Counted from the stretch's first letter, positions 29,152 to 37,875 are shown. The stretch is 64,000 nt of DNA from a virus (IMGVR_UViG_3300020049_013266:10815-74814), one strand, 5' to 3'. The notes: generated by a model from the sequence alone, not told the origin. Numbers and translations are program-made.

Positions 29152-29450
29152 AATAACGCTTTATTAATTGCTTCTCTAGCTACTTTTACGCACGACCATG
29201 ATTCTGCTTTTTCCGGATCTCCGTATTCATCATCGGCATGTTGGCGATTCATTTCTACTATTTTTTCAAGGGCAGATAATAGCTTTGAAGCAGAAATGGC
29301 TAATTTGGCATTTGCATCCGCTACTTCCTTTCCAACATCATCGTAGTCCAGAATATTCTTCCCTTCATAAAACGGTGAATCTTTTAAAATTATTGTGCCG
29401 GCAAACTCTATAGCGTGCCAATTGTTTTTTGTTCCTTTAAATTCACTCAT
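29148..29450 (-). CDS. hypothetical protein
   Basis: 100-aa ORF. Confidence 0.45.
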   Translation of the reverse strand: MSEFKGTKNNWHAIEFAGTIILKDSPFYEGKNILDYDDVGKEVADANAKLAISASKLLSALEKIVEMNRQHADDEYGDPEKAESWSCVKVAREAINKALL

Positions 29451-29462
29451 AGTTATTTTTTT

Positions 29463-29672
29463 TTAATTCCATATTGTTTTCCAAAACACTGTTTTCCCAG
29501 ATAATATCCAATAAATCCAATCTAAAATAAATAGTAAAAAACAAAAATAACACGCTATCATAGCGCAAACTATTATAATTATAATTGAAGATATCAATAA
29601 GTATAAAAACTGACATATTCTTTCTTTAAAATTTTGAGGGTCTGTGTATTCTAAATTCTTTATCCAATTCAT
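29463..29672 (-). CDS. small membrane protein
   Basis: 69 aa with a long hydrophobic core (LLISSIIIIIVCAMIACYFCFLLFIL). Confidence 0.4.
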   Translation of the reverse strand: MNWIKNLEYTDPQNFKERICQFLYLLISSIIIIIVCAMIACYFCFLLFILDWIYWILSGKTVFWKTIWN

Positions 29673-29855
29673 GGCTCTACATTTATTCCGTTAATACTAA
29701 TTAGTTTTATTCCGAATACCCACTTCCTAATTTCTTTTACTTGAAGATAGGCTGCCGATTCTGTTTCGTCTTCAATTTCAACTCGATCAAAATCCTGTTG
29801 ATCCAGAGCGTATCTGTAAAAATATTCAAATTCGTATGTATTCATAATTTTTTTA

Positions 29856-30080
29856 TTAAAAAGGTATTTTTTCTGTTTTTATTCTCTCTAAATGCTTCTT
29901 TAGAAAAGTAAGCGATTTGAATTTTCCATCAATAGTATAACCAATGCAATTGCTGTTGTAAACTTGTTTTATAATTCGATTAGTTTTTAAATTAACACAC
30001 AAACCGCATTTCGTAAACACATAATTTGGAGAAAACGAAACACAGTATTTACAAGTGTATTGTATTGTTATTATTAGCAT
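29856..30080 (-). CDS. hypothetical Cys-containing small protein
   Basis: 74-aa ORF. Confidence 0.35.
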   Translation of the reverse strand: MLIITIQYTCKYCVSFSPNYVFTKCGLCVNLKTNRIIKQVYNSNCIGYTIDGKFKSLTFLKKHLERIKTEKIPF

Positions 30081-30119
30081 GTGGCTTGTGTTTTTATGCT
30101 CTTAGCGAATAGTTACCGC

Positions 30120-30821
30120 TTATTGCACAACTTCTTCGGTAACGAGAACTTTTCCCGCCCATTGTTGCGCCATAGCTTTGGCAATATTTGGGAAAGTTTT
30201 ACTGCTTTCTATTTGGCTTATATTCTTGAACTGATATTTCTGATCTCTTTTTTTTCCACCAGTATTGCTCGGTAAATAAGGCACGTAGTTTTTTTTAATA
30301 TCAGTTGGTTTCAATTCAGGTAGGTTTTTAAGCCATAATAACGTTCTTTTTGAAAATTCGTGTCCAAATTGATAAGGTTGTATAGTTTGCGTTTCTTTTG
30401 GCAGTCCTACAACTTTTAATGGTAGTGGGTTTTCTAATGAAATTTTATCAATTGGTGCGTTTTTTAATTTCAAGAAGAAATCTTTTGCATCCATCGCTTT
30501 TTTTAATCTTTCAGGACACAAATTACCCGCAGTTGGGTACATCCATCTTGCCCCTGCTCGGCTCATAAATGTGCAAGGCGGGAAAAATATCCCCATATCA
30601 TATTTACCGCTATAAGCTTCTTTCAACACATCGCCTTGAATATGCCATTCGGGGTGTCCGCCTGAACACGGCATTAAATCACAACTATACGCTTCGTGTC
30701 CTAATTTTCTTAATTCAATTGTAACTGCCTGTGATTCCTCGCAACCGACCAGAACAACAAGCGGTAACACGTGATTGTAGCTATTGCCAGATTGGTCTTG
30801 AATTTGATTATTGTTTTGCAT
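30120..30821 (-). CDS. TRD-less C5-cytosine methyltransferase-like protein (paralog 1)
   Basis: Motif I-like LVGCEESQAV, motif II GHEAYSCDL, catalytic motif IV FFPPCTFMSRAG (PCQ.FS.AG-type), motif VI ENPLPL, motif VIII-like QFGHEFSKRTLLWL, motif X-like FPNIAKAMAQQW; only 233 aa, so there is no room for a target-recognition domain. Confidence 0.6.
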   Translation of the reverse strand: MQNNNQIQDQSGNSYNHVLPLVVLVGCEESQAVTIELRKLGHEAYSCDLMPCSGGHPEWHIQGDVLKEAYSGKYDMGIFFPPCTFMSRAGARWMYPTAGNLCPERLKKAMDAKDFFLKLKNAPIDKISLENPLPLKVVGLPKETQTIQPYQFGHEFSKRTLLWLKNLPELKPTDIKKNYVPYLPSNTGGKKRDQKYQFKNISQIESSKTFPNIAKAMAQQWAGKVLVTEEVVQ

Positions 30822-31084
30822 CTTAATTATTGTTTTTTAATTTAATGAATCGGTTTGTTTTTTGGCAACAGCGACAATCACCATACGTTAGGCGATATTT
30901 CACCCGACATTTGGTTTTAATGTTCTGTCTAAATTTCCACAAAGGATACATTTTGAACCTTTGCATTTTCCACGTTTCCAATAAAAATTATAGATATGCG
31001 CACAAGAAGAAACATCGCCTAACAGTGGTTTGGTTTCAGCTTTTTCATTGGTTTTTAATTTATCCATTGTCTTGTATTTGTTGA

Positions 31085-31160
31085 GATTATTATTTATCCG
31101 AAAATTAGTCTTGTATCAGCACCAAGCCGAAACCCAAGCCACGAAACGTTAGCCGTCAGT
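31085..31160 (+). repeat. intergenic repeat element A (TTATCCGAAAAT...GTCTTGTATC...CCAAGCCGAAA...ACGTTAGC)
   Basis: Shares ordered sub-blocks with elements at 32140-32290 and 33400-33552. Confidence 0.6.
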
Positions 31161-31215
31161 TTGAAGAAAAGAAACTGGAAGCGATTAAAATTTAACACAT
31201 TTAAACAAATAAATA

Positions 31216-31616
31216 TGGAATTAAAACTGAAAGCTTATTCTGCATCTAATAATAATATTTGTTTTGAATATGGAACCTTAATTTTAAAAAAAAATATCCT
31301 TTTAGAATTTATCGAGAGCGAAAATGTAAACTTTCTAAAAAGCCAACACGGAGAACATTTTTTCCCAATAAAACCAAATACATACGATGTCGTTTTTTTA
31401 GATGAAACTGATGAACAATACGGAGGTTTCAATGCTAAAATTAATATCAATAATAGTTTACCTATTTATTTTTACATTAAGCTTACTCCTCCCGAAAAGC
31501 AACAACTAAAATGGATGAATAAACAAAAGTGGATTCAAAAAGGAAACAATGTGTGGTATGTTGTAACTGCTATTTTAACGATAGTAGGATTATACATAGC
31601 ATACAAAGCATTGTAA
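31216..31616 (+). CDS. hypothetical protein with C-terminal transmembrane anchor
   Basis: The listed ORF starts at TTG 31161 inside repeat A; the first ATG (MELKLK) at 31216 is preferred. C-terminal WYVVTAILTIVGLYIAY transmembrane helix. Confidence 0.45.
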
Positions 31617-31717
31617 AAATCCAAAACTTTATAAAATCATTAAACTTTTTATCTGACATAATTTCAACTTTTAGGATTTTAAAGTGGCAGAATGATTAAC
31701 CACATAATTTTATATAA

Positions 31718-32140
31718 ATGGAATACTTTTATATTTTTAAAAACATAGATTTTAATTTAATATTTAAAACTGTTTTACAATTTACATTTTTTTATATACT
31801 ATTAATTTATTGTAAACTTTTATATTACCCACAGCTTATACAGTTTAACGAGTTTGAAAAAGGAAAAATTAAAAATAAATTTATATTCTTTATTTTGAGT
31901 TTTTTATATACTTCATTAAGTTTACTAGTTATTCCATTTTTAGTTCTTTTAGCAAATTCATTTGAAAATCCCAATTTTACTGCAACTAAATATGCATTTG
32001 TATCATTTGTTATTATTCTATTATATTGTTTAAAAAAAACTTTTTTATATGCATATCTAAATGGCGAAATTATACCATCTACTATAAGTGAAATGGTAAA
32101 TAAAAATAAACAGAAACTAAATAAAAAACCGAACGGCTAA
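31718..32140 (+). CDS. polytopic small membrane protein
   Basis: 140 aa with 3-4 hydrophobic helices; very AT-rich, so the coding call is tentative. It forms a two-gene plus-strand island inside a minus-strand region. Confidence 0.4.
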   Translation: MEYFYIFKNIDFNLIFKTVLQFTFFYILLIYCKLLYYPQLIQFNEFEKGKIKNKFIFFILSFLYTSLSLLVIPFLVLLANSFENPNFTATKYAFVSFVIILLYCLKKTFLYAYLNGEIIPSTISEMVNKNKQKLNKKPNG

Positions 32141-32290
32141 CACACGCTACAAGCAATTTGGGCATTTGGCTGAATTTAAAGTTGGTCTTGTATCTGATAA
32201 ATTTGTGTTTATCCGAAGATTTGGCTTCCTTAATCCCAAACTGCTTGTAGCGCGGGAACGTTAGGGATAACCGCCTATATTGTGGGTAGT
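32140..32290 (+). repeat. intergenic repeat element B with 10-bp inverted repeat CGCTACAAGC / GCTTGTAGCG and ACGTTAGGGATAACCGCC core
   Basis: Arms at 32145-32154 and 32242-32251; core at 32259-32276. Located between convergent gene ends. Confidence 0.6.
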
Positions 32291-32649
32291 ATTTCCGAAA
32301 CCCATTTTTTAAAGTTTTCAGATTCATTTATTATTCCTTTAAAAGTTTCTAAGTGCCTTTTATCAAATGAATTTAATTCAATTCCTTTTTCTAAGAATAA
32401 TTTCGTGTATCTTTCATAAATATCCCCATCAATACTATCGTCTTTGTATTTTTCAAAAAGTTTTTCAATAATATCTTCTTGCTTATAAGTCATATTTACA
32501 CCTATATTTTCTTTGAATCCATTATAACGAATAAAGTTACTTGCGTTATAATTTAAGATACTTTGCATTAAACTTTTTTCAAAATCATTTGACAATCTTG
32601 ATTTTGAAATTTGTTCTTTTAATTTTAAAAAATCTAGTGAATTTATCAT
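32275..32649 (-). CDS. hypothetical protein
   Basis: 124-aa ORF. Confidence 0.5.
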   Translation of the reverse strand: MINSLDFLKLKEQISKSRLSNDFEKSLMQSILNYNASNFIRYNGFKENIGVNMTYKQEDIIEKLFEKYKDDSIDGDIYERYTKLFLEKGIELNSFDKRHLETFKGIINESENFKKWVSEILPTI

Positions 32650-32777
32650 TATTTATAATTTTAGTTTCGTTCGTGGTATATCCCTAACATATGCTACAAG
32701 CTATATGCAGGCGTTTTGTGCATTGATTCAAGTTTTATCTTGGCATCCGGCGTGTAGCATCCGCCGTTATGCGTGAT
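32650..32777 (+). repeat. repeat element B' (inverted orientation: TATCCCTAACAT, inverted repeat ATGCTACA/TGTAGCAT, GCCGTTATGCG)
   Basis: Contains the core in reverse orientation and a TGTAGC-type inverted repeat like B and D. Confidence 0.5.
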
Positions 32778-33041
32778 TTATGCACGACATAGCCAATAGA
32801 TATTCCAAGACTCTTTTTCTTTAGTATCTACAACACCATCATTATCTATTTTTAAAAAAGTCATTGATTTTTCCATTTCGTAACCCATAACTTTTGCTTT
32901 CCAATTCAATTTTATTTTATCTCCGTTTTTAAAATTGCATTTTGGATTGTACCACATCCTTTCCCAATCAACATACTTGAAAAGTAAACCACGCATAACA
33001 ACGTGTATAGTAAATGGCTTTTTTAGGTTTAATTTAAACAT
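32778..33041 (-). CDS. hypothetical protein
   Basis: 87-aa ORF. Confidence 0.45.
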   Translation of the reverse strand: MFKLNLKKPFTIHVVMRGLLFKYVDWERMWYNPKCNFKNGDKIKLNWKAKVMGYEMEKSMTFLKIDNDGVVDTKEKESWNIYWLCRA

Positions 33042-33100
33042 AGTTTTGTACTTTTAAGATTTAGGTTCATTCACCACAACGACGACAAAGCCGCAGGACG
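33042..33100 (+). repeat. repeat element C (GGACGTTAGTGGCAATTATC core)
   Basis: ACGTTAG core at 33089-33095 between two minus-strand genes. Confidence 0.45.
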
Positions 33101-33379
33101 TTAGTGGCAATTATCATAAACCCACATTTTCAAAAGAACGAATGCACTTGTAATGGCTTCATATTTACCTTTTTCGGTTCTGTCTTTTATTTTTTCTGAA
33201 TGCTGATATGTTCTATCAATTCTATTTTGAATTTCTTTTTCTACTTTATCAAACTTTGATTCTTGTTCTTTAGTTTGCATAATGTCTTTGATAATAGTTT
33301 CTCCTTTTTCGTCAACTAATTCGTAATGCGAAAAATCTCCATTGTCTGCGTATTTCTCAACTGAAATAAATTTTTTCAT
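33101..33379 (-). CDS. hypothetical protein
   Basis: 92-aa ORF. Confidence 0.45.
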   Translation of the reverse strand: MKKFISVEKYADNGDFSHYELVDEKGETIIKDIMQTKEQESKFDKVEKEIQNRIDRTYQHSEKIKDRTEKGKYEAITSAFVLLKMWVYDNCH

Positions 33380-33399
33380 AATATGTTTACTGTTTAAAT

Positions 33400-33552
33400 A
33401 ACTGCCACTAACAATCGCTACATTTCAGCTTTTGCATTGGGCATAAGGTTAATATTGTTTTGTATTTGTAATTATTTCGCTTATCCGAAATACTTGGCTT
33501 ATTTACTCCAAGCCGAAAGTGTAGCGATGGACGTTAATGATAACCGCCCAGT
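33400..33552 (+). repeat. repeat element D (TTATCCGAAATACTTGGCTT...CCAAGCCGAAAGTGTAGCGATGGACGTTAATGATAACCGCCC) with long-range inverted repeat ATCGCTACA/TGTAGCGAT
   Basis: Arms at 33414-33422 and 33520-33528; collinear with elements A and B. Confidence 0.6.
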
Positions 33553-33627
33553 AATTGTCTATTTATGATACTTTGATTTTGGTTTGTCGTATAAAATATA
33601 ATCCTTTACTGTCATGGCTGTTTAGGT

Positions 33628-34521
33628 TTATCTACGGAAGCTTTTTCCTTTGAATTCTATAATGTTGAACATTTTAAAAATTCTATCATACAATCGGCTG
33701 CCGTATTTTTCTTCAAATTCATCAAGTCCGGCTTGAATATCATTATCAAATCCATCTTTAAAATTACAGGTGATGTGAGTCATTAAATTATTCTTTTCGC
33801 GAACTTCCAGAATATCTTTCATTAAATTCATCTTTCCAAAATTAGATGCGTGGCGTTCGGTCTTAACATCATCGAAATACCTTTTTCCAGTATTCATCAT
33901 TTTATCAAACTCAGATCTCGTGATTAATTGCTCATTTGACGCAGGATTAATCTTTTCGAATAGGTTAACAACCTCGTTTGTAGAATATCCTTTGAATGAT
34001 TTCGATTTAATGCCTTTAAATATTTTTTCGAATGTGGCCATGACCGCTGTTTTTCCATTTCCAAAATTTCCAATAATCAAAAGTCCTTTATCAAAACTTG
34101 GCTGAGAAATATCCGACAGGTTTTTACAGAAGAAGAAATTATCATCCTTCAAGAAATAATACATGATAGGCTTTATGTTTTCCAGAATTTCATTGCTGTA
34201 AATAAACTCTTTACCGTGCAGCTCTTTGAATGTTTTCAAAAATAAATTCCAAAGTTCTTTTTTAGTAAACTTCTTTTCAACTTCAACAACTGACTCTCTC
34301 ACTTTTTGCCAATGCTTTGCTTGGTTCTCTTTTTGCTCCTCCGACTGAAAATGAATATCTTCAAACCTTTTCATCTGTTCTACTTCGTATTCCGTTAAAT
34401 CTTCTGGGGCTAAAGTTTTTAGAAAGTTGTATTTATTAAAACCGAAATCAGACTTGATTTTATTTATGGATAGGCTATCGGTTTCTTGTTCTGGTTGTGG
34501 TGGTTGCTGTTGATGATCCAT
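33628..34521 (-). CDS. DnaC/IstB-like AAA+ ATPase (putative helicase loader)
   Basis: Walker A GNFGNGKT, Walker B-like RYFDDV, sensor-like THITCNF; sits next to a replication-protein-like gene. Confidence 0.5.
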   Translation of the reverse strand: MDHQQQPPQPEQETDSLSINKIKSDFGFNKYNFLKTLAPEDLTEYEVEQMKRFEDIHFQSEEQKENQAKHWQKVRESVVEVEKKFTKKELWNLFLKTFKELHGKEFIYSNEILENIKPIMYYFLKDDNFFFCKNLSDISQPSFDKGLLIIGNFGNGKTAVMATFEKIFKGIKSKSFKGYSTNEVVNLFEKINPASNEQLITRSEFDKMMNTGKRYFDDVKTERHASNFGKMNLMKDILEVREKNNLMTHITCNFKDGFDNDIQAGLDEFEEKYGSRLYDRIFKMFNIIEFKGKSFRR

Positions 34522-35392
34522 TTGGCGTATTTTTTTTGATTAAAATTTGAGATATTTTTTCACGAAGTTTTGGCGCTGATAAAACATTTGACTTCCAGAA
34601 CTCTTGCTCTTTGCTGTTTCCGCTAAGAAAAGTATATGCGTCTCTAAGATTTTCTATGGTTACATTTTCTTTTTCAAACATTATCCGAATTGACGGAATA
34701 TAATTTTTATAAGTAGCATTTTTTTGAGCAGTACAAGGAGATTCTTTTTCTTGTAAATTTTTTATGAATAATAATTGGAACTTTCTGGCGATCTCGAAAT
34801 AAGATATAGCTTTTTCGTCAGCATCAATTTTATAATTATTAACCAAGAAAAATAATTTGTCGTCAGAAATTTTAATTTCGGACAAAAGAGAATTATTTAA
34901 TACAGTATTAAGTTTCTTGTTCTTTGTCTTATCTATATCTACTTCTTTATCTATATCTGCGATGTTTTGCGATGCTTCTGCGATCGGGGTGCGATCGGGG
35001 TGCGATGGGTACGCGATAGATAAAGCCTGATCTAAAGTGATTTCTCTTTTCATGTATCTCTCGTGAATCAAGGGATGCCAACGTTTTAAGTTACCAATTT
35101 CTCCAGACCTACTTTTGTCGTTACTGTCATTTTGAATATCATCTAATTGTTCGTTTAAAAAATCTATCACTATAAAATCATTAAAACATTTTATAATTCG
35201 TTTTGATATTAAACAATCCAAATGTTCTTTGTCTATTTCAATTTCGGCATCATTGTATGAAAGAACACATTTTTTGTTCCAGTAAATACAATTCAACCTC
35301 ATGAATCTTGCTTGTGTGATTTCTGGACATTTTTGAATTTTGCCCATCATCCAATCTTTAGGAGTGAATTTAAACCAAGGTAATTGTTCCAT
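34475..35392 (-). CDS. replication protein with DUF1376-like N-terminus
   Basis: N-terminal LPWFKFTPKDWMMGKI...ARFMRLNCIYW resembles the DUF1376 signature (W/YF.FY..DWL...L...GAY..L); it overlaps the start of the DnaC-like gene. An 11-bp tandem repeat lies at about 34970-35000. Confidence 0.45.
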   Translation of the reverse strand: MEQLPWFKFTPKDWMMGKIQKCPEITQARFMRLNCIYWNKKCVLSYNDAEIEIDKEHLDCLISKRIIKCFNDFIVIDFLNEQLDDIQNDSNDKSRSGEIGNLKRWHPLIHERYMKREITLDQALSIAYPSHPDRTPIAEASQNIADIDKEVDIDKTKNKKLNTVLNNSLLSEIKISDDKLFFLVNNYKIDADEKAISYFEIARKFQLLFIKNLQEKESPCTAQKNATYKNYIPSIRIMFEKENVTIENLRDAYTFLSGNSKEQEFWKSNVLSAPKLREKISQILIKKNTPNGSSTATTTTRTRNR

Positions 35393-35395
35393 ACA

Positions 35396-35614
35396 CTATT
35401 CGTTATTAATTTTATTAATTTCTGTACGGAGTGTTTTAGCGAACTTTATTGCTGTTGATTTATCTAATGATATTGGATACAATACTCCATCTTGTTTTAT
35501 TTGGATACTAATCCAATGCTCATTAAATTCGGAATCAACTTGTTCTGATTTTTCTACTTTTATAGTATCTCCAGAGCCAAAACAACAAAGGAATTTTAGG
35601 TCAAATTTAGCCAT
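35396..35614 (-). CDS. hypothetical protein
   Basis: 72-aa ORF. Confidence 0.4.
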   Translation of the reverse strand: MAKFDLKFLCCFGSGDTIKVEKSEQVDSEFNEHWISIQIKQDGVLYPISLDKSTAIKFAKTLRTEINKINNE

Positions 35615-35825
35615 GATAACTAAAGGTTTTAAGTTCCAGTAAACTATTGGTTGTTAGAATCGAAAAGTCCAATCAATTCGGCTAAAGTGAGACGCCTCCT
35701 TGATTGGACCTGTGTAATATTTTTGGGATATGTATGCTTTTGTTTTTTGATATTGTGTCTCACTCCAAAATCAGTTACAAATATATGTGAATATTATGTA
35801 ATAATAAAATGAAATTATGAAAGTT

Positions 35826-36005
35826 TTATCGAGTAATTTTTGTTAGCTCGTTTTTCAGGTCCATTGCGCCACGTTTTAATGAAGCAGTTTCTTTGCAACC
35901 TCGTAACGCCCATTCATCTTCTGCAATTCTTTTCTTGGCAGCTGCCAGCTTCTTTGAAAATCGAACAATTTCGTACTCCACATCAAGGATGTCTTCTAGT
36001 GTCAT
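35826..36005 (-). CDS. small hypothetical protein (59 aa, below the ORF-track cutoff)
   Basis: Hand translation MTLEDILDVEYEIVRFSKKLAAAKKRIAEDEWALRGCKETASLKRGAMDLKNELTKITR; its start overlaps the stop of the 36002..36217 gene (ATGA). Confidence 0.3.
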   Translation of the reverse strand: MTLEDILDVEYEIVRFSKKLAAAKKRIAEDEWALRGCKETASLKRGAMDLKNELTKITR

Positions 36006-36217
36006 GGTTTTAGTTTTATGGTTACTTTAAATCTTTCAGCGTATTCTTTTGCTTTTTTTATTCTGTGCTCTTCACTCATGAAGTCATCGTAACATTGTTC
36101 ACTACACACAGGCGGTTCAGTTGGTAAACCCATGCATCCGCATTCGTGACCGTTACAACACATTGTAACCTCAATTTCTGTGTTACACATTTCGCAAAAT
36201 CCTTTTTGTTTGCTCAT
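36002..36217 (-). CDS. Cys-rich small protein (zinc-binding candidate)
   Basis: 71 aa with C.MC...CCNGHECGCMG...C..QC. Confidence 0.4.
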   Translation of the reverse strand: MSKQKGFCEMCNTEIEVTMCCNGHECGCMGLPTEPPVCSEQCYDDFMSEEHRIKKAKEYAERFKVTIKLKP

Positions 36218-36266
36218 GAATTTTAGTTTTAATTCCTGCCTATATTACAAGGAAGGAAGGGTTAAA

Positions 36267-37160
36267 TTATTTGTTTATTTCTTCAATTGCTAAAATAACT
36301 CTTGACGTAAGATAATCTTTATCGATTTGTGGCACCTCGAATCGGATAATGTTTACGTTTTCGATTCCGGTTTCTCGGTCTATATAAGGAAGTTCTCCAT
36401 CTTTAGCACGCGCTACCAACCAATAAGGTTCTGCAAGTTGGCTGTTGTATAGCTGAATATCTTCCAATTCTTCGTAATAAGGCATGAAAACAATAAGCTC
36501 GGCATATTTAGCGCCCATGATACAAGCGTTACTCACAAGCTGCCAATAATATTTCTCTCCTTCTTTAGAATCCTTTCTGATTTGTTGGATAATTTCGTTT
36601 CCGTCAATATTTGTTTTTTTAATAGCCATTATTCCATCTACGAAATCATAAAGTCTGCGGATAAGATTGTAATGGCCTTTTCTTGAAAGAGGACATTTAA
36701 TATCTGTAACAGTATCAATATTTGATTTCGGAGAACCATCATCGTTTAGTTCGATATAGGAAGCATCCGGATCAATAACGACTGTAGTAATTAGTTTTGT
36801 ACCATCTGGAGTTCCGCGCCATTCTGGATATAACGGGTGTATTTCAGTTTCCTCAGAATGTAGAATATATTCGTTAGGAAGAAGATTGTGAACAATTGGC
36901 TCGCAAAGCTTTCCCCACGCCATTGCTTTTACTTCAACATCATTTTCTAATGAATGCTTATAAAAACGTTCAATGATACATTCTTCAACATAAGTGTAGA
37001 AGGGTGCGCCAGGAGAATCAATAGTTGTTCTGCGACCGGAAGGGTTTTCTAACTTATATTGTTTCTGTTCTTCTTCCGTCATTGTTCGAGTGCCATTTGT
37101 AGTCAGCGCCACAATTTCACTAGAAGTAATCATCCCTGTTCTTTTATTTGATAATGCCAT
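36267..37160 (-). CDS. YqaJ/lambda-exonuclease-like PD-(D/E)XK recombination exonuclease
   Basis: GTPDG...TDIKCPLSRKGHY matches G.PD.......E.KCP......H of YqaJ-like exonucleases; 297 aa. Confidence 0.5.
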   Translation of the reverse strand: MALSNKRTGMITSSEIVALTTNGTRTMTEEEQKQYKLENPSGRRTTIDSPGAPFYTYVEECIIERFYKHSLENDVEVKAMAWGKLCEPIVHNLLPNEYILHSEETEIHPLYPEWRGTPDGTKLITTVVIDPDASYIELNDDGSPKSNIDTVTDIKCPLSRKGHYNLIRRLYDFVDGIMAIKKTNIDGNEIIQQIRKDSKEGEKYYWQLVSNACIMGAKYAELIVFMPYYEELEDIQLYNSQLAEPYWLVARAKDGELPYIDRETGIENVNIIRFEVPQIDKDYLTSRVILAIEEINK

Positions 37161-37869
37161 CTTTCCACTTTTTTAAGTCCCTAAGTATTTTATCGTAACT
37201 GTTTTTTTCCTGTTTGTCAATGATTCTTTTTACATTATCAAATTCGTCTGCGGGAATAAAATCTTCTATTTCTTCGAAAAGCTCCAAAATTTCTAAATAT
37301 TTAGAATCTGAATCGTTGCTTGTGTCAACTTTTATTTCCCTGAAATCATCTTTATTATAAATGTCAGCAGCAATACCAATTTCTGCGGCACATTTTTTTA
37401 AACAATCAGTAGCAGCGGATTTAAAGTCGTTACCGATTGAAAGAGGTTGTTGGCTTGGTCTGGTTTCCTGCACTTGTTTTCCGTACTTTTCTACCATTTT
37501 AGGAGTTCCATCAGGATTGAAAACTTTTTCAGTCTTGTAGATTATTTCCTTGTTTCCGTATTGGGTTTTTACAATTTTCTTCCCATTGCTTCGACATGTT
37601 AATCTTCCTTTTACAATCACTTCTCCAAACGATACTTGATCGTCTATGATTTCGAAATCCCAGTCCCATCCAAACATAAGGTTTAGACATTTTTTAATAT
37701 ATCCTCCTGATACATAATCCCAAGTTCCTCCACCTTTGGCTGTACGTTGCTTAACATACTGCTTTGGAGTTTTTTTAAGAATTAAGGCTAATTGTTTTTC
37801 GTTTAAACTATTAGTATCAACTAAGCTTAAATCTTCTGCGCTAACTAAAGCTAAATCATTTTCTGCCAT
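37144..37869 (-). CDS. candidate single-strand annealing protein (recombinase partner of the exonuclease)
   Basis: 241-aa protein translationally coupled upstream of the YqaJ-like exonuclease; assignment is by gene context only. Confidence 0.3.
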   Translation of the reverse strand: MAENDLALVSAEDLSLVDTNSLNEKQLALILKKTPKQYVKQRTAKGGGTWDYVSGGYIKKCLNLMFGWDWDFEIIDDQVSFGEVIVKGRLTCRSNGKKIVKTQYGNKEIIYKTEKVFNPDGTPKMVEKYGKQVQETRPSQQPLSIGNDFKSAATDCLKKCAAEIGIAADIYNKDDFREIKVDTSNDSDSKYLEILELFEEIEDFIPADEFDNVKRIIDKQEKNSYDKILRDLKKWKDGIIK

Positions 37870-37875
37870 GATTGT

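Noticed and set aside
30830-31084. 84-aa plus-strand ORF
   Set aside because: It is antisense to a more plausible 55-aa Cys-rich minus-strand ORF (about 30901..31068) that continues the minus-strand block, so it is a likely shadow ORF.
31161-31215. TTG-initiated N-terminal extension of ORF 31161..31616
   Set aside because: The TTG start lies inside repeat element A; the downstream ATG at 31216 is a more credible start.
32082-32327. 81-aa minus-strand ORF
   Set aside because: It runs across repeat element B and overlaps the ends of both flanking genes, so it is probably not coding.
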